In this document: piece after piece, positions 35,156 to 46,035 of the stretch
Position numbering within the stretch: position 1 is the stretch's first letter
Layout: every line of letters starts with the position of its first letter
Origin: Mobula hypostoma
Taxonomy: Eukaryota
DNA length: 64,000 bases
Direction of reading: 5' to 3'
NCBI RefSeq assembly: GCF_963921235.1
Contig: NC_086120.1
Span: forward strand, 25,606,001 to 25,670,000
Notes under the pieces: model-generated
What the model saw: only the letters and a program-made list of their open reading frames with translations
Told to the model about the DNA's origin: nothing
The model's database searches: none
Position numbers and translations under genes: made by a program

Positions 35156-37690
35156 CTAATTCCCTGTCTTTCCTGTAATATCCCAGGCTATAGTCTTGTT
35201 TCGCAGCCTCATGTGCGGCACTTTGTTGAATACCTTCTGAAAATCCAGGCTCACAACATCTACCAATTCTCCTTTGTCTATCCTGCTTGTTATTTCTTCA
35301 AAAGATTTTCCCTTACAGAAACCATGCTGACCTTGGCCTATTTTGTCATGTGCCTTCAAGTACGCCAAAACCACATCCTTAACAATCAACTCCAACATCT
35401 TCCAACCACTGAGGTCGGACTAAGTGGCCTATAATTTCCTTCTTGAAGAACGGAGTGACTTTTGCAATTTTCCAGTCTTCTGGAACCATGCCAGAACCTA
35501 TTGATTTTTGAAAGATCATTACTAGTGCCTCCACAATCTCTTTAGCTACCTCTTTCAGAAACCTGGGGTGTAGTCCATCAGGTCCAGGTGACTTATCTAC
35601 CTTCAGACGTCTCAGCTTCCCAAGCACCATTTTCCTAGTAATAGCAACTGCACCCACCTCTGCTCCCTGGCACTCTTGAACTTCCAGCATACTTCTAATA
35701 TCTTCCGGAGACACAAACTGGTTTTAGACCATCACGTGGAGGAATCAACATGATCTTCACAATGCGACAACTGCAAGAAAAATGTCGTGAACAACTTCAA
35801 CCTTTGTACATGCATTTATCGACCTCACCAAAGCCTTTGACTTGGTATCAAAGGAACTCCTATGGGACGTCCTGTCCACCTATGGATGCCCTGAAAAGTA
35901 CATTTGAATCCTGAAACTCCTCCACGATGGCATGCTTGCCACAGTCATGGTCAGCAACAGTAACTGTAAGCCTTTTCAAGTTAGATCAGGAATAAAACAG
36001 AGATGCGTGATTGCCCCAACTTTGTTCACCATCTTCATTGCCACAATCATCCACATTATCAAGGACGACCTACCCCCAGGAATGGAAATTGTCTACAGAA
36101 CAGATGGTAGAGTTTTCAATCTTGCCCGTCTCAAGTCCAAAAATAAGACATCCACGAGTTCCCTCATCGAGTTCCAATATGCAGATGACAACAGTGTTGC
36201 AGCTCTTTCAGAAAACCATCTACAACAGATTCTGACTGCCTGCAACCGTGCACATACGAAACTTGGACTTACCATCAATTCCAAGAAGACTCAGATCATC
36301 TACCAACCGTCACCAACTGAGACAAATCGGATAGAACCATCAATTCAACTTGGCGAAAACAAACCTGGAAAACGTGGACCACTTTCCGTATCTTGGAAGT
36401 CACCTCTCCTCCAATGTTGACCTTAATGACGAGATCCAACATCGTCTTAAATGCGCTGGAACAGCTTTTGGACGTCTCCGAACAAGAGTCTTTCATGATC
36501 GTGACATCTGAACAGACACTAAAATGTTAGTGTACAAAGCAGTGGTAATCCCAACGCTCCTGTATGCATCAGAAACCTGGACAACATACCAACGACATCT
36601 GAAGGCACTTGAAAAGTTCCATCAATGCTGTCTTCGAAACATCTTAAATATCAGCTGGGAAGATAGAAGAACCAACGTCAGCGTGCTAAATGAAGCAAAA
36701 ACAACAAGCATTGAAGCCTATGTCATCAAGAACCAACTAAGATGGAGCGGTCATGTTGTTCGAATGAAAGATGAGCGTCTGCCGAAACAAATCTTCTACT
36801 CCCAGCTTAAAGAAGGCAAATGTAAAAGAGGCGGACAACAGAAGAGATTCAAAGACGTCTTAAAAGCCAACGTAAAGGAAAGTAACATGACATCAACAAT
36901 TGGGAAACCAATGCCAAGGACAGGAAACTCTGGCAAGCCATCATCTGAGAAGCAACAGCAACTTCGAAGCCAACAGATATGCAGAATTAGAAGAAAAGAG
37001 AAGAAAATGGAAAGAGAGGCAGCAACAACCAAAGCCCGATCTGCCACCTGGAACTACCTGTCCTGAATGCGGAAGAACTTTCAAAGCCAAGATTGAACTC
37101 ATAAGCCACTTGAGAACCCATAAGTAGATCAACAGAATGAAGACCATCATCCTCGACCTCGAGGGACAGCCACGACAAATATCTTCCACAGTGAAGACTG
37201 ATGCAAAGTACTTATTCAGTTCATCCACCATTTCCTTGTCCCCCATTACTATCTCTCGAACGTCATTTTCCAGTGGTCCAATATCTACTCTTGCCTCTCT
37301 TTTAGCTCTTTATATATCCGGAAAAACTTTTGTTATCATTTTTGATATTATTGGTTAGTTTACCATCATATATTATCTTTTCCACCTTTAGCTGCCTTCT
37401 GTTGTTTTTTTAAAATTTCCCAGTCCTCTAACTTCTCACTACTTTTTGCTCTATTATATGCCCTCTCTTGCTTTTACGTTGCTTTTGATTTCTCTTGTTA
37501 GCTAAGTTGGCATCATCCTACCTTTAAAATACTTCCTCTTCTTTGGGAGCTATCTATCCTGCACCTTCCAAATTGCTGCCAGAAACCCCAGCCATTGCTG
37601 TTCTGTGATCATAACTGCTAGTGTCCCCTTCCAACCAACTTTTACCAGCTTTTCTCTCATACCTCTTTAATTCCCTTTATTTCACTTCGG
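35156..37690 (-). mobile_element. CR1 LINE ORF2 fragment, split by the RTE insertion at 35707-37177
   Basis: LKVDKSPGPDGLHPRFLKEVAKEIVEALVMIFQKS...PEDWKIAKVTP and QHGF...DFQKVFNKVPH lie on one side. MGDKEMVDELNKYFASVFTVED continues on the other side. Confidence 0.9.
35707..37177 (+). mobile_element. RTE-clade (BovB/RTE-1-like) LINE, 5'-truncated, with 10-bp TSD
   Basis: RT motifs FIDLTKAFD, GIKQRCVIAPTLF, QYADD, LLYASETWT, LRWSGHVVRM, RLPKQIFYSQL and C-terminal CPECGRTF...SHLRTH. TSD AATATCTTCC at 35697-35706 and 37178-37187. A few stops and frameshifts. Confidence 0.93.
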
Positions 37691-38089
37691 TCCCTTCTCA
37701 CCTCTAGCCCTTCCCTCCTCCAGCCCTCTGTCTCTCTTCCAGTTCCCCTCTCTCCTCCAGCCCCCTTCTTGCCCAGACCCCATCTCCATCCCTTTGCCCT
37801 ATCTCTAATGCTAACAGTATCCCTCAACAAAAACACCCCCATCAACCCTGGGAAATGCCCCCATAAACACTGAGCATCCAAACACCCACCCCCTGACCGA
37901 AAGCAACACCATACTGACTCTCAAGCCGCCCACTCCCACACATAGACTACTCTAAACAAGTTCCCCACCCCAAGCCCCTGGCCCAGTTCACCCTCAGCCA
38001 GCACACATAAGCATATGACAATACTTAGCACACCCTCACACTCTAAATAAGATACAGAATTAATAGAGATGGATTCCAAGTGGAGCAGA

Positions 38090-38877
38090 AACGGAGTGGT
38101 GTCAGAGCAATAGCCTTGTACTCAATGTTAGTAAGACCGAGGAATTGATTGTGGACTTCAGGAAGGGGAAGTCGAGGAAAAACACACCAGTCCTCACAGA
38201 GGGATCAGTAGAGGAAAAGGTGAACAGTTTCAAATTCCTGGCTGTCAACATCTCTGAAGATCCATCCTGGGCCCAACATATTGATCCAATTACAAAGGAG
38301 GCACGACAGCGGCTACATTTCATCAGGAGTTTCAGGGGAATTAATATGTCACCAAAGACACTGGCAAATTTCTACAGATGTACCATGAGAGCATTCTAAC
38401 TGGTCGCATCACTGTCTGCTATGGAGGGGCCATTGCACAGGATCAAAGAAAGTTGTAAACTCAGCCAGTGAGGGCACCAGCCTCCCCAGCATCCAGGACT
38501 CCTTCAAAAGTCGGTGCCTCGAGAAGGCTGCATCCAACATTAAGGACCTCATCACTCAGGACATGCCCTCTTCTCATTGCTACCATCAAGGAGGAGTACA
38601 GGAGCGTGAAGACACACACTCAACAATTCAGGAACAGCTTCTTCTCCTCTACCATCAGATTTCTGAATGGTCAATCAACCTGTGAACACTTCCTCAGTAT
38701 TTTGTTTCCTCTCTTTATGCACTGCTTGTTTAATTTAATTTTCTCTATTTTATGTATGCATATATTTCTTATAATAATTTATAGATTTTATTATCATATA
38801 TTACAATATACTGCTGCCACAAAACAACAGATTTCACAACATATACCAGTGATACTAAATCTGGTTCTGATTCTGAT
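38090..38877 (+). mobile_element. Rex1/Babar LINE 3' fragment
   Basis: LNVSKTEELIVDFRKG...FKFLAVNISEDPSW...ARQRLHF...FRNSFFSSTIRFLN; (CTGATT)n tail. Confidence 0.85.
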
Positions 38878-39372
38878 TAACAAAGGTGTGGGCTATTCCA
38901 AGGTGTTGGGGTCCAGTGACACTGAATCTCCGGGAAAAAGACTGACAACATGAGAGGAACAATTTTCTCTCTTCCTGCATAATGACATCCTAACCCATTG
39001 GGGGTGAACATCAAGTATGGCCAGTGGATGAATCCAGGATAATTTAAACCCTCATCCACGGCAAAGCTGAAACATTGAATATTTTCTAAATAGTAAAAGG
39101 AGTGGAAAGGGTTAATGACCAAAGTGAATAAATTATGTTCTTGCATGCAAGTTGCTGAAAAACCAACATGAAGCTGCAACAGGCAACTGAAAACAAAGGC
39201 TGGTCTTTATCGAAGAGGATTTGAGAAACAGAATAAGGATGAACTACTACAATTGTACAGCACCTTGGTGAGACCACACCTGAGTACTGCGTACAATTTT
39301 GGTCCCGTAACCTGAAAAAAAGATATTCTTACTTTGGAGAGAAGATTCGTCAGACTGGTTCCTGGTATGTCA

Positions 39373-39738
39373 GCAACACACACAAAATGCTGGAGGAACT
39401 CAGCAGGCCCGGTAGCATCAATGGAAAAGAGCACAGTCAACGTTTCGGGCCAAGACCCTTCAGCAAGACTGAAGAAAAAGAAGATGAGAAGTATAGTTAA
39501 AAGGTGAAGGGAGGGGTGAAGTAACGAGCTGGGAAGTTCATTGGTGAAGAGATACAGGGCTAGAGAAATGGGGTATCTGATAGGAGAGGACAGAAGACCA
39601 TGGAAGAAAGAAAAGGTGGGGAGGAGCACCAGAGGGAGGCAATGGGCATGCAAGGAGACGAGGTGAGAGAGGGAAGAGAGGATGGGGAATGATGAATGGG
39701 AGGTACCATTACTGGAAGTTCAAGAAATTGATGTTCAT
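39373..39738 (-). mobile_element. Penelope-like element 3' end with hammerhead motif and 8-bp TSD
   Basis: Minus strand opens with MNINFLNFQ*, resembling the end of fish PLE GIY-YIG ORFs. A pyrimidine-rich UTR and a hammerhead-like core (39434-39471) follow. TSD GTATGTCA at 39365-39372 and 39739-39746. Confidence 0.75.
39434..39471 (-). ncRNA. degenerate minimal type I hammerhead ribozyme motif
   Basis: CAGUC-UUGCUGA-A GGG UCUUGG CCC-GAAAC-GUU-GACUG: stem I CAGUC/GACUG, stem II GGG/CCC, GAAA box and palindromic ACGU stem III. Two mismatches to CUGAUGA. Confidence 0.6.
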
Positions 39739-41268
39739 GTATGTCATTTCTGTTATATCAGGAGAAACAGAGTAGGCTAGGCATCTGTTCTGCAGAGTTT
39801 AGCAGAGTAAAAGGTGACTTGCTTGAAATATATAGAAGTACTGGAAAATTTGATAGGATGGGTCAGACAGGATGTGGGTCTAAAACAAGGAGTCACAGTC
39901 CCAAAATGAGGGTAGGCCATTTAATATTAAGATAAGGTGTATTTTCTTATCTGAGAGGGGAGTGAATCTTTAGAGTTTAGAGGGATGTGAAGGCTCAGTC
40001 ACTGAGTTTATTAAAATCCATAGTTTTTTTGAAATATTCAATAAATAAAGCAACATCTGGATAGATAGGGCAGAAAATGGTGTTGAAGCTGAAGATCAAA
40101 TTGAATGTCAAAGCAGGCTTAAGGAAGAAGGTGGCCTACTTCTGCTCCTCTTTCTCTTGACGCATTGAAATGAGACAGGTGCAAGAAACAAAAAGGCTAT
40201 TGGAATGATGGTCTTTGTGTTTAGAGGACTGGAGTGCCATGAAATGGAAAATGTAGAAAACCATGGTTAAACGGTGCCTGGAGCATCGTGAGCAATTCTG
40301 GTCACCACATCTGAGGAAGGAAAAAATTATCCTTGGTGGGAGCACAACATAAATTTACCAGAATTATACTTGGACACTAAATGTTACTTGAAGAGCTTAC
40401 AGAAACTGAATTGTTTTCCATGAAAGTTTTAAAGTTAAGGCATAATTAGACTTAGGTTTTCAAAAATGTAAAATTAAAGAAAAGAGAAATAATCTCCACT
40501 ATTTGGGAAATCTGGGACCAGTGAGCAAGTCCAAAAATTAGAACCAGGTTTCCAAGAATGAACCTTGGAAACACATCAAAGACCAAAGCTCCGAAGTCTG
40601 TTTCTAAACAGTTATTGATGCCAAATCAACTGTTAATTATACGTCTGAAGTCAATAGTTATTTTTAAACAAAAGAATTAAAGAATTTGGTGGAAAGACTG
40701 TGGCTAGGTTTGCAGACTAGATATTAAGAGGCCCAGACTAACAGGTAGCCAATCTCAAAACCCATCATAGCCATTGCAAAATTTGAATTCCATTAATAAA
40801 ATTCAAAGTAAATTTATTATCAAAGTACAGATGTCACTACATACAGCCCTGAAATTCACACAGCCTTGTGTGCATAATCTGGCATTTCAAAACAAGTGCT
40901 AGCCATGAGTAATGATGAGCACAGCACTACTGGAATCTTGTCCGTCATTTCCAGACCGGCCTTTTAATGACTCCAGCCACTCATGGGCAATAAATGCAGG
41001 CCTTTAACAATGAAGCTGAGATCCTGATAAAATAAATGGAGTAATGTTGCAGATGAAAAGAAGAACTGCCTCAAAAGGGAGAATATCCTCCTCTTCTCTG
41101 TTAGTCATAACTGCCAACTTCCTGCTCTCGTTGCTTTCTCGGTTTTATCAATGGCACTACTTCATGTCTCCTCATAACTTCCTTCCTCTCAAGTTTTTCC
41201 AAGTCTTGAAAAATGTAATTTAATCATATTTCATACTTCCTGATTCCAGGAGGTTTACTGTACTCTTG

Positions 41269-41796
41269 TGTAACACCCAGTGAAAGGTTTCACTGCTAAT
41301 GTCATGATCTTTCTGTAGAAGCAGTGTTTGGGTGATGGTTAGAGATAACGGGTGCTTTGGAACGTGAGCCGTCCAGTGACGGGAGTGTTTTTGTGCCGTG
41401 TGCCTGAGTCCTGGGTCTTTTGTTTGGCGGGAGGGGAAGAGAGAAGACGCCGGACAGAAGAAGTCGTAAGACTCGACCCGGAGCGGAGCCATGATCCGAC
41501 GAAGGCTGGGGAGATCGAAGGGTGATCTGCGAAGGGGAAACCATGAGCTCCAACTTGTGCACATTAGACTGTTGCATTTAAAATGTGCCCTTTTCTTTTT
41601 TTTTGCTTTTTCTTTACTAACCCTTTAGTCAAATAAATAATTATAAAACTAAATCATTTAACAGGGTAATAAATCATGCGCCATCCACTGAAACAGGTGG
41701 GTTTCAGGTGAGCTTGCATCTCAATCTCACACGTTTGGTGGGGGCCAGAGATTGCCTTCCCTAGACTTACACTGCCGGCCGAACTTGAGTATTACA
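41269..41796 (+). mobile_element. solo LTR (Gypsy/ERV-type), 528 bp
   Basis: Inverted ends TGTAACACCC...GAGTATTACA (TG...CA); perfect 4-bp TSD CTTG at 41265-41268 and 41797-41800; internal AATAAA at about 41632. Confidence 0.88.
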
Positions 41797-42329
41797 CTTG
41801 TATCATGGACGTGTAAAGATTTTAACTTTCATTGATCAACAATCAACAGATACTGTATCAGAATCCCTTCGGACATATCTTTTTTATAGGTAGAGTATAA
41901 TTCTTGTCTCTTGGCTGGCGCAGCCAAGCAAACTACAGTCTGAAACATCGTCGTATTCCAGGATGTTTCAAGCTATAGCTTGGCTGACTGCAACAGCTAC
42001 AATCTACGCAAGAGAAATGTGGGTTTGGTCAGAAATAAAGTTGTCCTCAGAATAATCCACTTTCTGTTATTTGGAGCAAAGCGTTCCAAATCTCTACAAG
42101 CCTCTGCATGTAGGCGTGTTAGGAAACAATCCTGAGGGTTTATCTTTTATATATAGATTGTATCCCATAGTTCCAGATTGAGAAATAGAGTTTATCTTCA
42201 TCTATTTCGACACCCCATCATAATCTCTTCAACTGAATAATTACAAACAAAGAAATGCAAAAATAAGAAATCTCAAATAAGACTAACAAATGCTAGAGAT
42301 GTTGGAAATCATGATTAGGATTGTAGAGT

Positions 42330-43715
42330 AATATAGCATGAAAACAGGCCCTTTGGCCCATCTGATTCATGCCGACCACATCCTCCCTGCTAGTCCAAAT
42401 TACCTGTGTTAAACCCATAATCCTTCAAGCTCCTCCCCCACATGTACTCATCCAGATGCATCATAAATAATTGTACCCCTTGGCCATTTCCTCTAGCACT
42501 CATTGCAGGTGCTCACTAACCTCTGCGTAAAGAAATTTCTTTTAAAATTTTCCCTCTCCCCTTATCTCGGATCTGCAGCCTCTAGTTTTTGACTCCCCAT
42601 CCCTGGGGAAAAGATTATGACCATCCACCTTAACCAGGGGGAGAGTTGATGCCTTTGCTGCAGTTTGTGTGTGGGAGAGGAGAAGGGGGGCTTTGGGGTT
42701 CTCATGTTTTTCTGTTTTTCATTCTTTGTTTTTTTCTTCTCTGTTTCATTGATGTCCGTGAAGAATAAGAATTTCAGGTAGTATACTGTATATGTTCTAT
42801 GATATTAAATTGAGCCATTGAAACACTGAACCCCTCATGATTTCATGAACTTCTCGGTGGTCACCCCTCCTTCTCTTGCGCTCCAAGGAATAAAGGTCCA
42901 GCCGGGCCAACCAGTCCCGATAACTCAGGAACCATAGTTCAGGGAGCAACCTGATATGTCTCTCCTGCATCCTCTCCAGATTGACAATGTCTTTCCTATA
43001 ACAGGGCCATTGAAACTGTACACAATACTCTAAGTGCAGCCTCACCATGTAACTCATTTTTGAGGTCTCTACAACTCATGTTCTCAGTATTATTTATTTA
43101 CTTTTTTATTTTTACTTGTGCAGTTTGCCTTCTTTTGCACATTTGTTGTCTGTCATTCTTAGCCTGTGTGTATTTCTTTGTTTTACTGTGAATGCCCGTA
43201 AAAAATTAATCTCAAGGTAGTATATGGTGTACTTTGAGAATAAATTTACTTTGAACTTTGAATTATGTACCTGTGGCATAACTGCTAAACTCAATGGCCT
43301 GACTGATGAAGGCCAGCACTTAAACACTTTCTTCACTACGCTGTCTACTTGTGAGGCTGCTTTCAGTGAGCTGTGCATTTATACACCCAGTTCCTCTATT
43401 CCACAACCCTTGTCCATGCCCAGCCATTCACTATATAAATCCTACCCTGGTTTGACAGTCCAGAATGCATCACCTCACACTTAGCTAAGTTGAAATTCAT
43501 TTTCCTCTCGTCAGCCCATCTCCCTGAGTGTTCAAGATCTCTTTGCAATTCATTGTAATCTGCTTCACTATCAATAAGACTCCAATTTGGTGCCATCAGC
43601 CAACTTGCTAACTGTGCTATGTACATTTGTAACCAAATTGTTGACATGAATAATGAATAATGGAGATCCCAGCACAGACCACTAGGGCACCCCACTTGTC
43701 ACGGCCTCCAGTCTG
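42330..43715 (-). mobile_element. fragmented CR1 LINE (RT and 3'UTR) with Rex1-like tail pieces inserted
   Basis: MVRLHLEYCVQFQWPCYRKDIVNLERMQER...YSLERKRRRGD and LQRDLEHSGRWADERKMNFNLAKCEVMH. Confidence 0.8.
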
Positions 43716-44899
43716 TGATGAATGGTGTTGCAGGTATAGTGTCCCTCCTGTAATGCTCTGTTGGTGATACCGTAGTGACCGGGTAATGGTGCCCTTATAA
43801 TGGTGTTCTAAATCCTATGGCAGTAATATATATGCAGTATGAACGCCTTAGCAGTATTAACGTTCTAGTATTAATGCTTGAGTAATATTGCCACAATAAT
43901 AGAGCTGAAATAACTTTGTCCTCACTATTCCAGTGATAAAACAGAAATTTAAAAAAATGCACAATGTTAATGTTAGTGTGGCACAATCCCAGTTATAAAG
44001 CTTCAGTGTGAATGCTCCAGAATTAAATGCCCACATTAACATCCTTGTATCAAACTGTGCCTCAGTGTATAAGAATCAATAACATCCACTGAGTGTTAAT
44101 CCTCTAGTAACAATATGCTAGTGTAGCTTTGGTAAGAATTTCCAAGTATTGACACTCCTGTTATGCCTCTGAACTAATGCTGAAATAGCACCTCCCAAAA
44201 TTAGTTCTGCAGTGATACAGTCATAATGTTAAAAATCCGATGACCATCCCATCTTTCGTGTCCTGTATCAGCACCTGAGTGACATGTTCTATTTCAAATG
44301 GTGATCCATTTTAAATTTCCCAGTATTAAAACATTAGTATTAATGTCCTAAATGAAGACTGTTGTATCAATGAGATCATGTTAATACCCAAGTGGTAACC
44401 TGTAGAGGCACAGTCCCACTGATGTAAAGAAAGCAGCTGATAACATAGCCATAGCTCAGCCTATGTGGCCAGACAACATCTCATCTGTAACAACAATGAT
44501 CTGTTTTCCCGAACAAAGTTGTCTTTCTAGCCAAGTTGTTGCAGTTCAGTCACAATAGTGGCATCAGTCTTTCCATCGTTACCAAAGTGTTGAAAGTATC
44601 AGCAGTGCTCCCAAGTTACTCTGAGCTGCTTGCCGATCTCTAGTTTTGATTTTGCCAGGGTAACACAGCTTTGGACCTAAGACCATAAGATATAGAAACA
44701 GAATTAGGCTATTTGGGCCATCGAGTCTGCTCCTCCATTTCATCATGGCTGATCGAATATTCCTCACAGTCCCAATCTCCTCCCTTCTCCCCGTATCCCT
44801 TCATACCCTGACCAATCAAGAATTTATTCAATGGCATTGCTATCGTCAAGTCCTGCAATACCTCTTAAAGTTTGCCATTGACCAGAAAGTCAACTCCAA

Positions 44900-45146
44900 G
44901 GCTGAGGTGTCAGGATACTTGGAGGCACATGATAAAATAGGCCATAGTCAGCATGGTTTCCTCAAGGGAAAACCTTGCCTGACAAATCTGTTGGAATTCT
45001 TTGAAGAAATAACAAGCAGGATAGACAAAGGAGAATTGGCTGATGTTGAGACTTGTATTTTCAGAAGGCCTTTGACAAGGTGCCACACATGAGGCTGCTT
45101 AACAAGCTTTGAGCTTGTTGTATTACAGCAAAGATTCTGGCATGAT
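44900..45146 (+). mobile_element. CR1 RT internal fragment
   Basis: YLEAHDKIGHSQHGFLKGKPCLTNLLEFFEEITSRIDKG. Confidence 0.85.
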
Positions 45147-45152
45147 AAGTCA

Positions 45153-45557
45153 ACTCTTCCAAGAAGACCACAACCTTATCATGGTTTGGAAGTTTGTGTG
45201 CCTCAATGACCTGGAGATCTATGTTGGCTGGAGTCAGGACTTTATGCTTTGGCTCTTGGTAGGGTCACCCATGCCAAACAGGTCAAAGGGTAGAGGTCAC
45301 TGGTCCTCCAGGTTCAGGGGTTCAGCTCAGGGCTAACTGGACTGACTGATAAAAAACAAAATTGTTACGGAAACAGCAATGAAGAATCCTTCTACGTCTG
45401 AGTGCAATGGTATTCCCGGGACTTGTGTGACTGACAGGAGTGAAAACCAAGAGGAAGCTACTGACATTATGAAGGAAGGCCTGAACACCACCAGAGATGG
45501 AGGGTCGTCTTTGCTGCCTTAAAGCCCAGTGAGGTAACAGGCAGCAAGTAAGTAAGA
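45153..45557 (+). mobile_element. non-autonomous RTE/Expander-derived short element
   Basis: 5' ACCACAACCTTATCATGGT...GGTAGGGTCACCCATGCCAAACAGGTC resembles an RTE 5'UTR; (AAGT)n tail; probable TSD AAGTCA at 45147-45152 and 45558-45563. Confidence 0.65.
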
Positions 45558-45828
45558 AAGTCAGCTGAACCAGCTGCATACACACAGTGGCAACAAGAGC
45601 AGTCTGATGCTGGGTAGAGTGCATCAAGTGTCTCATCTCCCGATACCTTAAAACTGTTCAACTATCAACGAAAACAGGATTGAATACCCTCTGTATTTCT
45701 AGGTGAGTAGAACTCCATCTGTCAACTAAGACAAAACAGCCCCATGTGATTGATACCCCATCCATCAGTATTAATGTAGATGGATGTAGTGTGTAATGTC
45801 TAAAATGCCTTAGTTACTCACCCGTGCA

Positions 45829-46035
45829 AACACTGCCAGCATCTCCTGAATCCCAGAACACTGCCACCACTGGATCAGGCGAGTACTCTGGACGTTCTCC
45901 TAAATCCCAGAACACTGCCACCACTGGACCAGGCTAGTACTCTGGATGTTCTCCTAAATCCCAGAACACTGCCAGCATCTCCTAAATCCCAGAACACTGC
46001 CACCACTGGACCAGGCTAGTACCCTGGATGTTCTC
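45829..46035. repeat. young composite tandem repeat A-B-B-A-B (A = 28 bp, B = 54 bp)
   Basis: A = AACACTGCCAGCATCTCCTAAATCCCAG; B = AACACTGCCACCACTGGACCAGGCTAGTACTCTGGATGTTCTCCTAAATCCCAG; copies are nearly identical. Confidence 0.92.

Larger units (their letters stand above)
39160..40150 (+). mobile_element. CR1 LINE 3' fragment, host of the Penelope insertion
   Basis: TTGGTGAGACCACACCTGAGTACTGCGTACAATTTTGGTCCC corresponds to LVRPHLEYCVQFWSP; CR1 3'UTR. Confidence 0.75.

Noticed and set aside
44680-45146. Opposite-orientation CR1 pieces suggesting a twin-priming inversion
   Set aside because: The pieces are separated by unrelated sequence and lack a shared TSD. Independent fragments are the simpler explanation.
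45829-46035. CRISPR-like repeat-spacer appearance
   Set aside because: The 'spacers' are themselves repeated, there are no cas genes, and the DNA is vertebrate. It is an ordinary composite tandem repeat.
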